Both the position numbers and the translations under genes were made by a program. This document shows, one piece after another, positions 1-13,286 of a stretch of DNA of 64,000 bases. This DNA comes from Lingula anatina. Its lineage: Eukaryota > Animalia > Brachiopoda. The stretch is taken from NCBI GenBank assembly GCA_051362555.1, contig CM120649.1, positions 13,454,001 to 13,518,000 on the forward strand. Reading direction: 5' to 3'. Positions within the stretch are counted from its first letter, which is position 1. Every line of letters starts with the position of its first letter. A model generated the notes under the pieces. That model was not told the DNA's origin, did not search any database, and was given only the letters and a program-made list of their open reading frames with translations.

Positions 1-1716
1 GTGCAAAATGTATTCCCTAACCTACATAAATTTGTATCGCCATTTTAATGTTCATTTTCACTAAAACAAAGTATACGTCTTTTATGATGGGTCGGCAGCG
101 ACGCTGCTTCAATAATGTTCGACCAATGTTTTATTTCCTCTCCTCACAATTAACGTATCAGCAATGTTTTATTTGACTGTACTTTCATCATGTACTGTCA
201 AATGTCATCAAAACTGTAACAAACTGAAACTAGATATGCTTTATAATTTACTTCAGTTAATTTTTTTATGAATTTTATTTAGTTTTGGAAAGACCTACAC
301 AGATCTACAGAACTGGCTTATAAGGTATTTTGTTTTAGAGAGATGCATACATATCATAGATCTGTTTGTTCAACTGACTACCCATTTTCATGCACAAGGG
401 CTAAATGTTACATTCTCGTGTTAGTAGTATGTTTCTCTTGTTGTCTCTTTAAGCCAATGCCTTTACTGAATCAAGCATGGTAAAAAATGTGCTCTATGAG
501 AACGTGCCGCTTCCCTACCTTATTATTACGCAGTTTGTTGGTTAAGTTAATTTGATTTCAGAGTAGGTAGACTATCATCTCACGCACGCTCTTACTGTTA
601 CACACTATTTAACATATAAAACATTCATAAATTAAATGATCATTGTTTCTACCATCTTCCGTACTTGTCCATATGACTTTGCTATTTTACAATATATAAA
701 AACTGTCATTATTATTTATTTTACTAATGTAAGTATGACATATTGAAACCAGGGGTGAAAGATGTTTCAAATGCGGACGTTGATCGATTTTGGGGACTAT
801 TTAATTGTCAAACATCAAAAGGTTCAACCAACAGATAAAAGCCAGTTACACCGTTACACTAGATTTAACTCGTAAAATATTCATGCATTTCTGTTGATGG
901 CGCTCTCGACTCATTAGAGTACCATCAAGTGCACCTCTAGGTAAATGTTTCACTCCAGCCCGTGACACTAACAGTATAAAAAAAATTAATTGACTTGCCC
1001 TATTATTGCCCTATTTGTCCAGCTTAATTATGTTTATTTCATTTTCACTTCATTACCATTATATGTTATCCACCTTTATTATTACATTGTTCTTACCTCA
1101 GTATAACCTAATACATGTGCATGTAGACCCATTTTGCTACATTTTTTGTGTAGTACAATGTACATGTATGTTCGTCTTGTATACAAGTGCATGTATTAGT
1201 AGCAGACTGTATTCAACTAAGATAGCCAACCCTAACATGTACATTGTTATTATTTTTGTTGTGTGAATTTAATGAGAATTTTATGCTTATTCTTCTCCTT
1301 GATACGTCTGTCTTTGCTATGTGTCACGTTTAGTTGTACATGCATGTGTGCGTCTTTGACCAAGTCCATTACATACGATATTTTTCCGATGTAGCATTGA
1401 ATGCATTTATGTGAGATGGAGACTCTTGTGAGTAAATGGTCAAGTTAGGCCCCTTTTATTTCCGAATATGTCAACAAGTAAACCATCCTTCCTAATGCTG
1501 CACAACATTTTTAAAACTAGCACTAGCATAAAGAGGTCGCTCTCTCCCCGTGTTTTCAGGGGATCCATTTTCGGACAGAACTAAGCCATTAATTCCACGT
1601 GTTCGTAAACACTATACCTTGTCAATTTTATAATAATAATAATAATAATTTATTGTTCATTAAGAGACAAACTTTATAGAATGTTCGGTAGACTAAACAG
1701 TATGTAATATATCATA

Positions 1717-3102
1717 CACACACTGGACAAAAGAAGTGTCACCCCTACTGAGCCAATACTATGGGGGAGATAAATGACTGTGGAATGATATGCTCCTTGT
1801 ATCATTTTATTAACATCAAATTTCACGAAAAATCACAAAATGAGAACAAAATATACATTCTACCAAAATATGCAGTTTTAAGTCCAAAATTATTACTTAG
1901 TGGCATAGCCACGTGACCTAATAATAGGTGCCAGTATACGAGGCAAGGATTCATATAATTGTCTGATGCGTTCAGGACTTATGCTGGCCCAAGAATGAAA
2001 CACTGAATATAACAGAGTTTATCTGCTGGTTAGACGGGCATTTGTAAAAAGATTTGACATATCATTCCACAGATTTTCTATTATGTTTGCATCCGGACTC
2101 TTGGCAGGCCACATCACCCTGCGAATGTCCTGTTGTTCAAACCAATCATCAACTGCTCTGGGCCTGTGACAAGGAGCGTTGTCATCCTGGTGAACAAACG
2201 GATAATTCCTGTCACCAAACATGTTAGTAATAGATGGTAGCAAGCCTGACTCCAAAACATCGATATATTTCTAGTGATTCATGTTTCTATCAACCACTAT
2301 CAATTCGCCCAAGCCATGGTTGCTGATGCAGCCCCACACCATGATGAATATGCTGCTTAGGGTTCGAAAATTCAGTGCATGTAGTTCAAATGCTTTACCA
2401 GCAGTTTGCCAGCATCAAACCCGTCTGTCATCAGAGGTCAGACCATAGCGACACTCATCAGAAAAAATATATAGGACCAATTGTCATGGACTGTCCAGTT
2501 CCAGATTCTGTTGACCCTAGTTCACTCTACGTTGTCTGTTTTGTAACGATTTAAGAGGTTTCAGGCTTGCTACCCTGCTGTACACTCTATGAGCATGTAA
2601 CCGACGCCTAGCAATTTTCACAGACACATTCTTATGTGTGAAATTGTTCCACTGTGCTGTCAACTGACAAGCAATGTCGAACTTTGACAACCTGGGCATC
2701 AAAATCAGTCGTCGGTCTTCACGGCCAGTAGTTTTTCTTGGAAGACCCATTAGAGGCAATTTGTCTCTTGATCCAGTGTTTTTATACCGAGACCAGACCC
2801 TCTGCACGGTTCTGACTGAACAATTCAATTGTATCGATATTCTGACATTGCTTATATTCCGCCTCTTCAGGTTAATAACTTGCACCTATAACCGTTAGAT
2901 AATTGCCTGTATCTTGCCATATTGGAGGAAGACAGGAATGACATTTGCTGTACATGTACAAGACTAACAATACAATTCCATGGTATAGCGGTTTTATACT
3001 CATTAGTCACATTATAAGTAGACCAGGCATCATAAGTGCCCCAGATCTGCCTACTTTTCTTACTCTGAGTTAGGGGGTGACACTTCTTTTGTCCAGTGTG
3101 TG
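1717..3102 (-). mobile_element. Tc1-family (DD34E) DNA transposon, full length but decayed
   Basis: ~29-bp TIRs CACACACTGGACAAAAGAAGTGTCACCCC (from 1717, and inverted ending at 3102), flanked by TA on both sides (1715-1716, 3103-3104). Internal transposase remnants on the minus strand. Confidence 0.95.
1896..2920 (-). pseudogene. Tc1 transposase pseudogene
   Basis: Fragments: HTH region (SVRTVQRVW, PRKTTGREDR), FSDE (~2455-2468), VWGC, QDDNAPCH...WPAKSPDANIIENLW (34 residues between D and E), C-terminal RGYATK. Broken by frameshifts and stops. Confidence 0.92.
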
Positions 3103-3345
3103 TAGAATGAAAATCATAACCCATTTTGGATAGATTATGATTTTTATGGTAATATATCTAAAATTACAGGAAATAAGTGTATTTGCATAGACTAGGTGCC
3201 CGTAGTTAAAACGTTTTTGGCTCAGATCAATATACGCCACACATGATCGTTATCAATCCAAAGCGTTCAATAAAATTGGGAAATTTGAGAGTAGTGGAGG
3301 GAAAGCTCAATAACGTGGAAAAGGCGATTAAAAAACTACAGGGAA

Positions 3346-3480
3346 TTACTATTAATACTACTACCACTAAAACAGCTACTACTACACAACTACTATTTCA
3401 TTAATACTACTGCTACAATACAAACTACTACTACTTCTACTACTACTACTACATGAACTTACTACATGCACTGCTACTAA
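3346..3480. repeat. degenerate (CTA)n microsatellite
   Basis: Repeated ctactacta tracts. Confidence 0.8.
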
Positions 3481-3581
3481 ATAAACTAAGTACTGCTTGC
3501 ACGACTCTTACTGATAGTAGGATGATGATGATGTTGATAATGTGCATTTGATTTGAGTGGCTCATTTAATGAATTACTTAC

Positions 3582-4084
3582 AGGAGATAAAACATCAACG
3601 TGAAGTGACTGGAAGGTGTCTTCGTGTTCACCAAGGTGCTGCACAAGTTCTCACAGCTCGCTTTAGCCGTCTTGTAGTCGACCGCTGAGTTAGAGGGGGA
3701 TACACACAAGCCATACGTGCTCTCAAAGGTGGGACAATAAGAGACCCCGCTTTCTGCTGCTGTAAACAAGAGAATGACTATGCATAAATTTTGTTTTGTG
3801 TTAACTGGGCATAATCGAATATGTAAATCTATAATATTTGTTCTGGCATAAAAATACTGGCGGCGAAATACAAGATCGAAGCAATGCGCACCGAAGTTGG
3901 AGCAAATTAACGATTTATTTTCTAAACTTTCGAAAAAATTATGAAAAAAAATATTGACTCACAGGCCTAAATTTCAGTAACGATATGAAAATTGAAAAGA
4001 TCAAAAACAAAAAATTTGGTCCTTACATTGTACTTGCAAACAATTCAGCAGTACTGCCGATGCGAACAGCAAAAGTGGAGCCAT
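3582..4084 (-). CDS. First two coding exons (signal peptide + start of C-type lectin domain) of a paralog of the PKD1-like gene at 18140; partial, presumably continues beyond the window start
   Basis: Exon 4084-4027: tttcag|ATG, MAPLLLFASAVLLNCLQVQ, donor gtaagg. Exon 3759-3582: SAESGVSYCPTFESTYGLCVSPSNSAVDYKTAKASCENLCSTLVNTKTPSSHFTLMFYLL, donor gtaagt. Same splice positions and phases as, and high similarity to, the plus-strand exons 18140-18194 and 18486-18663. Confidence 0.85.
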
Positions 4085-6840
4085 CTGAAATATTAATATC
4101 AGAAATAAGATGTGTGCGGCTGCTCTACACCAGTTACAAAATCAATTCTAATAGACACGCGTAGAGTTATTGAAAACTATTTTAAGTGTTAAAATAGTGT
4201 TTTAAAGGGTAAGAGGGCAAAATTCGAGTGAATCACGAATACCGAAAATTGTCTTTTTTTTTCATGAAAATTTTAAGATACAGCAAATAATTGTTCCAAG
4301 GTTTGGGGACTCGTACAACATTTTCACAAGCTCGCTTATGTTGCCACGTGTGTTAGTGTTTTGGGGAAGTACTTCAGTCTCGGTTTGTATTGCTTTGTTT
4401 AATTTAAAGGTCACTTTAAAAATCGTGAAAACAATGCCGGAAAAACAGAAAATAGCTCAAAATAATTACGGTAAAAACTTGAAGATTAAGTCGGTCTTGA
4501 AAATTTATCGGAAGACGAATTTCTGTCGACGCAATTTTTTACACTTTGAAAATTTTGTCAAATTTGAAAATGGGCCTCTCGATAATTTTGAAAAGTTTGT
4601 CACCTAATAGAGCTGTGTCGGAATCAGGCACTGAAAATATTAATTTATTTTTAAGTGACGGAATCTTCAAGTTTTTACCATACACCAATTACACCAGTCA
4701 ATTAGCAAGAAATGTCCTTGGCGACAGCATGAAATCTCATGATAAAACTTATATCAATAGACATTTCGAATTTTTATCCAATGCTATCGCTTCGCTTTAT
4801 CTTTTTAAATACTCACAGCAAAAATCGTGAAAATACTGTATCTTTCCAAAGTGATGGATTGTGCTCTTATTCGTAATACATTTCCAAGTGTCCGATTTGC
4901 AGTGTCAAATTGAGGAAAAACGCCAAACGTTGCGATGCAGCAAGCAATCACTCTACCAGTTGTCTGCGAGGTAATCCCACACGAAGTCGCTAGAAATTAA
5001 CAATCGAAAGCAATATAATTGCGCTGCATAAATACGGAGTATGTACCTCTGAATCAGAGATAACCAATAGCATTTCGTGCTTTCGTGTGGCAGTGCTCTA
5101 GATAGAGTATATAATGTCGCTATTGATGTGATTGGCTGTTATGAAGCCCGTATAGGTTGATCATTAAGTTTATAGATGCGCAGGGAAATACCCTTTAAGA
5201 ACGGGGATATTACGTTTATAAAACCCCATTTAAAGTGGATAGCGTCCTTTTGCGTCCTTTGTGAGCCATTCAAGTGGCGTCGCAGTGGTTGTAGAATGAA
5301 TGCTCGATGATCGGTCAGTTGTCGTATTATTTTTTACTCTCAAAACGGGACCGTACTACGGGACGAAGAAAGGGCGCCGTCCAGTGTAAATTGGGCTTAA
5401 GTGGTTACGAATAGAGAACAGCAACAATGACGGATTATGGGGGTTAGTAGGGGGGGGGGGGGAGTTCGCACGACCCCCCCCCCCTACTGAATTTTCAAAA
5501 AATTAATGCACACGATTTGGTAAATCAAAACCTCTCTCTCCTCAAAAAAGTCTTGACAATAAACAGTGCAGGCAACATACGATACTGATGCAGAGCATAA
5601 CCAAGACTATCTTAACTGTACCTTACATACTGTTTGCCTAAAATAAATATTTTTACATTTTTTTTGTGGAATTGCTAAGACTGCAAATTTCAGTCTTCTT
5701 CATTCATTTGCATGATTTATGAAGATGAAATTCGACCCCACATTCATAAATGTCGCTGTAATTCCCACAGAATTACTTTCCTGGCAGAATTAAAAATATT
5801 TAACTAATGGTGAGTGCATTAACCATCAATATTTGGTTAAATATTTTCTTTAGCTCATCAGGTTATTTTATAATTATTCAAAATAAAAATGTTTCCGAAA
5901 TTTGATCGCCAAGTGTATCTATAAATGACTAACTGTAAATCTATTAATTCTTAAGTCATAAAAATAGACACCAAATTAATTGAGATTTTTAAAAATTACT
6001 TTTCGATGGAATAGTGAATTCTGGCTTGCGAGTCACACCAAATTAACTAAGACTTAAAAAAAAAATACTTTATAAGGTAAAAATTAGTTCTGCTTGAGAG
6101 TCTCGTTTTATCTGCGTTTGCACATGTCACGTGACCTCTCAAAATGACGGGGGAAGATGCACCGTTTCATTTTCGAGATAATGAGGGGGTGTGCGGACTT
6201 GGCCTTATGAAATAATAACATGTATAGAGTTTGGCTGCTGTTAGAAGAAACCATCATTGCGGGACTGAAAGCACCTGAAAGCACTACAGTACACAACTGG
6301 CGGGATTCTTTGAGAGAAAAAGGGCAAGATGTGGCAGAACTGACATTCATGCGTGACGTACAGTTATCCACCACGGCTGAGTCTTTTTGTCTTTGACATC
6401 CGCAGTGGAGCGGCGCGAGTGCATGAAAGGATCTACGAGAAGATGTCACTGTAGCGTCTGCCGATAAATATGCACGTGATAACACGTGGTTTAACGACTG
6501 CAGCGAGCAGTATTACGACTGCATTTCATTAAAATAATCAAAGACAGGGGCTAATTACCGCACGTGGTACATTCGTGGTCAGACACCTACTGAAGTCTTT
6601 CTGTGAAAGACGCGAAACCCAGCGGTGGACATTAGAAATAAGCAGAGGAGAGGTGCGCGCCAAGCCAACAGCGTTGGACACCTAAATAAATATCAATATG
6701 GCTGTGATGTCCGAGTGCAGCATCCACATCTATGAAGGAACTTGGCAGAGATAAACTGCAATTATTTGCGTAAGCTGGTGCATTTGACGAATGAAGGAAT
6801 TTACCGACGGCGAACCAACCTACACTGGTTAGTACTTGAA

Positions 6841-8061
6841 ATGGCGACCATTTCAAACAGTTTTGGACTTTTATTATTCACTGTTTATGTTTGCACGGTG
6901 GTGTTTATATTGTTGAATTTGAACATGCAGTTGAAGGGCAGTAACCCTTTCGCAAAATATTTTGTAAATGGCATGACTGCAGCTACGTCATCTGAAGAGA
7001 GAGAGAAATTAATATTGTTTGAGGACACAGACCAGAAAAACGGCACTCAGGGAAAATATGTCACTTACGGAGCGTCAATAACCAGACTACAGAAATACGG
7101 ATTTTATTTGCCGTTGACTTCTCTTCTGTGGGCAAAGCAAGGGTTCCAGTCGGTGATTGTAATGACAGGGGATCCAAAATTGTGGCGAAAAGATCCCGTT
7201 CTTAACGTTATACTGGAGCGACTGGAACAAACACGCGCCCGAGTCTTATTTGTACCAACTGCGGACGAGGCAACCACTGTGGCTTTAAGCCAAGTGTTGC
7301 GTCTCTACGTTTCCACACTCGACCACACGTTAAAAGATGAAGATTTTCTCATCACAAGTGATGCCGACTTGTGGGTTCACAAAACTCACCTTCTTCAACC
7401 CCAGCCAAGAGTAGTTATTACGAATAGTTACTGCTGCGGATATTTCAATCAACTTGGAAAGAGTTACCGCATGTACCCGATGGGTAACATTGGCGCCCCT
7501 GTAGGATTATGGCGAAAGCTTTTTCCAGATTTGCAGAAGACAATAGACAAAGAAAATATAAACCATAAGGCTCAAGCCGAGGAAACGAAGCAAGCGGCCT
7601 CCCAAGACAAAAGGATACACATTCCCCCCATTGCCACTTACTCAATCCAAACAGGAGTAGCAGTTTCTCAAACACTGCATACCGTTGCCTCAAAAGTCAA
7701 AATTAAATTCAACGACTGGTACCTCGACCAAAAGCTGGCCAGCATTAGAATCGGTGACTGGGTAAAAACATTTGGAAGTGAGGTTCGGAAAGAAAAGCTC
7801 TTGGAAATTCCCAGAACACCACATGGTAGTCGAGGCGATCGAGTTGATAAAGGAATTTTGGCGTCTAATACGAACGAAAATGTAACATTCACACCTCTGT
7901 ATGACGCTCATCTTCCAGATCGCGGGTTTTACGCGCACATATGGATGAACAATCGTTCTCTACTTAAAGCGCTATTAAATCCCGTTCAATTAAAATGGGC
8001 TGACGATTACAGAGAGCAATTTCTCATTGCTTTAAACAAGTCTGCAATGCAAGATTACTGA
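6841..8061 (+). CDS. Intronless ~406-aa type II membrane protein, putative DxD glycosyltransferase-like
   Basis: Long uninterrupted ORF with ATG in gaaATGG context. Short N-tail, then a hydrophobic anchor (FGLLLFTVYVCTVVFILL). FLITSDADLW has a DxD after a hydrophobic strand; later motifs YPMGNIG, WYLDQ, DAHL. The function is inferred. Confidence 0.75.
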   Translation: MATISNSFGLLLFTVYVCTVVFILLNLNMQLKGSNPFAKYFVNGMTAATSSEEREKLILFEDTDQKNGTQGKYVTYGASITRLQKYGFYLPLTSLLWAKQGFQSVIVMTGDPKLWRKDPVLNVILERLEQTRARVLFVPTADEATTVALSQVLRLYVSTLDHTLKDEDFLITSDADLWVHKTHLLQPQPRVVITNSYCCGYFNQLGKSYRMYPMGNIGAPVGLWRKLFPDLQKTIDKENINHKAQAEETKQAASQDKRIHIPPIATYSIQTGVAVSQTLHTVASKVKIKFNDWYLDQKLASIRIGDWVKTFGSEVRKEKLLEIPRTPHGSRGDRVDKGILASNTNENVTFTPLYDAHLPDRGFYAHIWMNNRSLLKALLNPVQLKWADDYREQFLIALNKSAMQDY

Positions 8062-10507
8062 CATGTTCACTTACTTCTGGTCATGCTTTCGAAAGACTAA
8101 TAAAGCGTTGGATTTAAAATGAATAAATTTGAAATATTGAGTTGAATGAGTGTTTTTCATATCCAAGCGTAACACGATTCTATACCAAACATGTAGGTTT
8201 GTGTTAGATATGAAATTTGGAATAAAAATTACTGTTCAAAACGCTTTAAATTTGTCGACAAAACATGAAAAAGGTTATACACACGAAACATTTACCCTCT
8301 ACCGGGGCGACAGATTGATCTTTTCACAAGATATTCACAGATATGTCTCGAGATAAATAGACTGTCATTTGGTTCTCTGCAAATGTGAAAAATGTGCCCA
8401 TAATATGTGCCCCCCCTGGTAGTGGGTAGGAAGTATGATGCATCTGTTGTGTAACTAATATCGTGTGTCTTTGTTTCGCACTGAAATTATCTCCCTCAGG
8501 CGGCGCGACACTCTGCGTGGTTAGATGCTTTGCTGCAAGAATTTGCAAAGACATTTCATCTTTTTTTGTCTTAATCACCAATGTCTTCGTTATTAGCAAA
8601 ACGTTCGCAGTGCCACGATCTAAAAATCTACAGGCGTGATTTCCATGTCTCTCCCGCAATGGAGGATGACGATTTCACTAGTAACAATAAAAATTGAACT
8701 AGAAAGTGGTTCTTAATGTAATTTTTTTGCCCGAGTTTATAAACTGTATATACCCTGATTATAATGAAAATATTATCAAATAAAACTGACAAAAACTCAT
8801 TTACTGACATATTAGATTCTAATGCACATTATGTACTGTTTAGGGGGAAGGAGGACGATGAAGGGTGTTAAAACTATGTTTATGATGATCATCAGAAGCG
8901 TATCGCACTTTGCATAAAATTACCAATCTGATTATCGGTCAGATAACAGGTAGAGCGGTCATACATGTATGAATAATTTACTATAGAGTGTTGTCTGTAA
9001 ACTTGCTTCCCGTCCATGTTTTAGTGCATATCTCCGTTTTACTCCTATCAAGATAGACGAGATATGTTAATTGGCTTCAAGTATACCTTCCGTATTCAGT
9101 TAAAAGGGATATTGGACAAACATCCACGGCTGTCGCAATTTTACATCTTCATATAATTTCTAAATGGTCTATACATTTATGTAAGAACTCAAATGATAAG
9201 GTTTGTTGATTTTTTTTTCATTTTTTGCACCGTGTTCTAATATATGTTGTAGTGAATCAGTCATGCTAAATAAATATAACTGATGTAAGGATGTCTTACT
9301 GTAATAACTATTTAAACTCTAACTCAGGGGGCTTTGCGTTAACATCAAATGAATTGCAGATAAAATGACATTTGTTTGTAAAAAATGATGAAAAAGCAGT
9401 AACTGTTTGCCAAAAATGTCATGTAATGATGCAATTAACAAAATTAGCATCTATGGCATCTAATAATATTAATTAAGGCTATCTCTTAGGTCTGTTTATG
9501 CCGGTATTATTAAAGTGAACTTCCTGAATCTTGTTATATTTTGATTTTATTTCCATTTCTGTCTCCTTTCTTATATTCAGTAAAATGTGCAAAACATGCA
9601 TAAATGCCCCTAATAGATTTCAAAAGCACTGTATTTTTTGTTGTTGTTGGAGAATTGTCCATGAGGTAATTTCCTTTGGGAGGGATAGTCCTTCACTTAG
9701 AATCGAGTACGACGAACCGGTGGATGTCACATACATGTACAGGCACGGTACATCCTTGCCGATGTGACCAGTATGTTTTATTTTCTCTCACATGAAAGGT
9801 ATGACGAAAGGTATGACGCAAAACAGTTAGGGTAACAAATACCTTCGTGATATACAACAAAAGAGGACTATCAAACTTAGTCTGAAATGTATAGTAAGGT
9901 TTACATTACCTTTAATTGTGTTAGAGAAGCCGGGTGATGCATCCAACACAATTAATGCATAGTTGATATTTCTGTATGTGCAGGGCTACTCCCATAAGTT
10001 TTGCACATTTCTGTTTTATTCTACCCAATGTCTTCTTAGGAGTAAGACAAACTTCACGGTCTTGTTCTTTTTGTACTTTCAACAGTGACTTAAAATTAAT
10101 TATTTAAAAGGAATTTCTGAATTCAGTGCGCACGGCAAGGTGAAATCAAGGGTGCCTCCTTCTTACAGTTTTGAGTGGTCCCATCTTTCCCTTAAAAAGA
10201 CAGCATAACAAGCAGTTGTATACCTCTGTACTCTGATTACATGTTAAAAGTCGGCTTTTTAATTAATTACATTTATAGGTCATTATAGGTCATAAAAGTA
10301 TACTTGAGCCGTATAATATCAGTTGTAAAATAAAAAAAGAAGTATAATTATAACTTTGTATTCTTGTTTAATTTTTATATATAACTTTTGATCGTGCTTA
10401 AGAAAAAAAGGAATAAGGATATTGGTTATCAAAGCGTTGATGTACATTGTATACTGGTATTACATATTTGTACATGTGTAAGTCGGTTGTCTTTTAAATG
10501 ATCTGTT

Positions 10508-12802
10508 TTACAGTTCCGTCTTTTGTGTCTTTGCTCTTTCAATCTCCTCAGGGATTGTATGCGTCCACAGCTTCATCCTCTCTGGCAGTAGATCGTATCC
10601 CATCTCAGTTTGTTTGCCAATGTTGATGTAGCCCTTTTTTTCCTTGGTGTACTCCTCCCATGTTGGAACGCTCTCTAGTGGGCGTCCTTGATTTGGATTT
10701 CTGAAGAATAATTTAAAAACAATTACGTATTTTTAAATAACCATTCGTATTTCATTCACTGATTTTTGAATGTATAGTTCAGGCGTTTTACCCTTTTTGT
10801 TTCATTGTTACTTGCATTCATAAAGAACGCAACAACAAGGGGTCGAAGCACATGAGAAGGAACGTAATACATAATAGAATATTATCAAAATAACTCATGA
10901 GAAATTCACTCAGATTAGAAATAGTAATAATAAAAATACATTTCTTAAAACTGCGCTATACGTGCATCACAGCGCTGTTTACTTTACATATAATAACTAA
11001 AACTACATGGATAAATTAAAAACTTACATAAATCTATTTCAAACTAAAAGATAAAAGTTAACTAAAATAATCTTTAAATATAAAGTTTAAAAAATTCATT
11101 TTTAAAACATGATAAGAATCATTCAAAGACACATTTGATATATTAATAAAAGTGGAGCACAATGTTGGTGCAGCAACCTCATTGTTATAGTAGATAAGAT
11201 GCCACATGTTTACCCGGTTTTAGCAAAGTTGGTCCAATACGTCATCACGGCTTCAGCCGTGGCCTGGTCCTCCTCGCTCCACTCGACTTCCACGCCTTCT
11301 TTGACGATATGTTTTCCGAACACCAGGATTATGTCATCCGTGTGTGCCGCACACTTTGTCCAGGGCGGCAGGCTGAAGCCCATGGTAAAGTCCATAAAAT
11401 TCTTCCCGCTCAAAACGTGGCTGATCAGATAGGCGTAGGTGGCTGATTTCTGGGTGTTACTCTGTGATCTCAGGTGGGCCAAGCTTGATTCGACAACGTG
11501 TTGGTGGAACATGACATCGCTCAAGAGATCTCGCAGAGCTAGGGTGTTTTCTATTGGGTCCGCCTTGTGAGTGTAAAAGTCATGAATGTGCCTTTTAGCC
11601 GATTCTTGGATTTCTGGGTAAAACGTTCTCGCTATCGGATTGACAGTTTTTGTATTTATGATGTCACTTGGTATCCCGGATGTAAAATTGTACCCATCTG
11701 CCTCTTGCAACATGGCCGACATGTAAAGCATAAGATTCCCTTCGTCTGCTACCGAACCGATCATCCAATCAATTTTACCGAACGCGTCGTCCATTTCTGG
11801 GTAGTTTTTCTTCTTGGAAGCTGAGAAATATTCCATAATTCCATATGGTACAAAATCACCGTCTTCTACTGGACCGACAGCCATTTCGAAGGAGGAATCG
11901 TCCTTCGTGTAGTCCGGTTGTATTAGCTCTAAAGTTTTATTCAGAAGGGCCTCGGCCGAAACCAAACGCAGGCAGTTAACCAATTTGAGGGTGTCAGTAA
12001 GATCTTGGTTGTCCGTAGTGTCACAATTAAGTTTACGGGCTAAATTTTTGGCAAAACGAAGTGGGCTCCTTGAGATCGAAAACCCGTTGCTAAAAGTGGG
12101 CGTGCTCTGGGCGATGGCTCGTTTCACCAACCCAATATTATACTTCGTCACTGCTTGGTGTTGCACACTCGATCCTCCGGCCGATTCACCGAAGATGGTG
12201 ATTCTGTCTGGATCGCCATCGAAGGCTGAGATGTGCTCTTTGACCCATTTCAGAGCTTCGTGCTGATCCCAGAGTCCGAAATTGCCTCGCGCGTGTTCGT
12301 CGGTTGTCGACAGAAATCCAAAAATACCCAACCTGTAGTTTATGGTGACGCACACGATATCACCATGCAAAGCCAATTCTTGGCAGGGGGTCGCCATCCC
12401 CTGGCCGTTGGAGTAGGCGCCACCGTGTATCCAGACCATGACCGCTTTGGGGACCTTATTTTCAGATACAGGGGCGTACACATTGAGACTGAGGCAATCT
12501 TCAGAGATGTCCGTGTGGGGTAACGAGGTTATCATCCCAGGCAGGACTATCTGTGTACACGATGGCCCGTATTCGGTGGCATCTATGGTGCGAGTCCACG
12601 GCTTCTTAGATACCGGTTGGCGAAAGCGTAGGTGTCCGAGCGGAGGCTCTGCATACGGTATACCGAGGTACACGTCTGTCTCTTTCCCGTTCAACGTCTC
12701 TGTCTTCCCACGGATTTTACCGAGCGTCGTTTCCAGGATTTTTGCCTTACTCGTGCCGACCATGAACAATACCGTAACGACTAAAATAAAAGCAGTCGCC
12801 AT
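10508..12802 (-). CDS. Type-B carboxylesterase (cholinesterase-like fold), 2 coding exons (12802-11214, 10700-10508), C-terminal KTEL
   Basis: Signal peptide; GIPYAEPP, SEDCLSLNVY, WIHGGAY oxyanion hole, NYRLG, GESAG nucleophile, DEG acid, AAHTDD His, YWTNFAKTG|NPN spliced at GT-AG, ending ...AKTQKTEL*. Confidence 0.95.
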
Positions 12803-13286
12803 TCTGGTCTTAATTGAGTGCTTTACTGAATGTTACTCACTGTGTCAGTTGTGAAACCGGCATTATAATCGTGCAGGTTAACAACGATAACTTAAATTGA
12901 ACCGGGCAGTCTACAGTTTTGACATGTCTTCTATTTTGGTCTGCTGCCCTTCAGTAGTGTTATTGGCTCCTCTTATCCCGGGCCTAGCTGCCACTGAATA
13001 CCAAAGAGCACGCAGTGACCATAATATCAAGGTCAGTGTCATCTCCAGAGTCCCTCAGCCCGCTGACGCAAAAATAACGCTGACTATACAAACCCCTGTC
13101 TTAATCTGTGTAATATTTGTATTTGCGACTGAGATCTAGGTCATACGTCGTGCTAAGCTAAAGCACACCTGCGTTACACCGGCGACCTGTACATTCACAA
13201 AACAACAAATGCACACCGGTGTAAAGAAATTGAGGGTCTAGTCCTTATACTCGCACAGGGTTAGGATAAGGTCAACGTCCTAAGCG

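Noticed and set aside
3800-5100. Initially suspected non-autonomous transposon; short ORFs 4338-4830
   Set aside because: No TIR/TSD found. Part of the region is the paralog's signal-peptide exon, and the ORFs have no coding features.
5446-5488. G-run/C-run hairpin resembling a terminator
   Set aside because: Eukaryotic context; looks like a MITE remnant with homopolymers (similar G-run at ~20300).
5968-6103. Two degenerate ~68-bp tandem copies
   Set aside because: Low identity, AT-rich, no evident function.
6742-6840. N-terminal extension in the ORF track
   Set aside because: It starts at a non-ATG codon; the ATG at 6841 has good context and precedes the membrane anchor.
11199-12854. Plus-strand ORFs overlapping the esterase
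   Set aside because: Antisense shadows of a well-supported coding exon.
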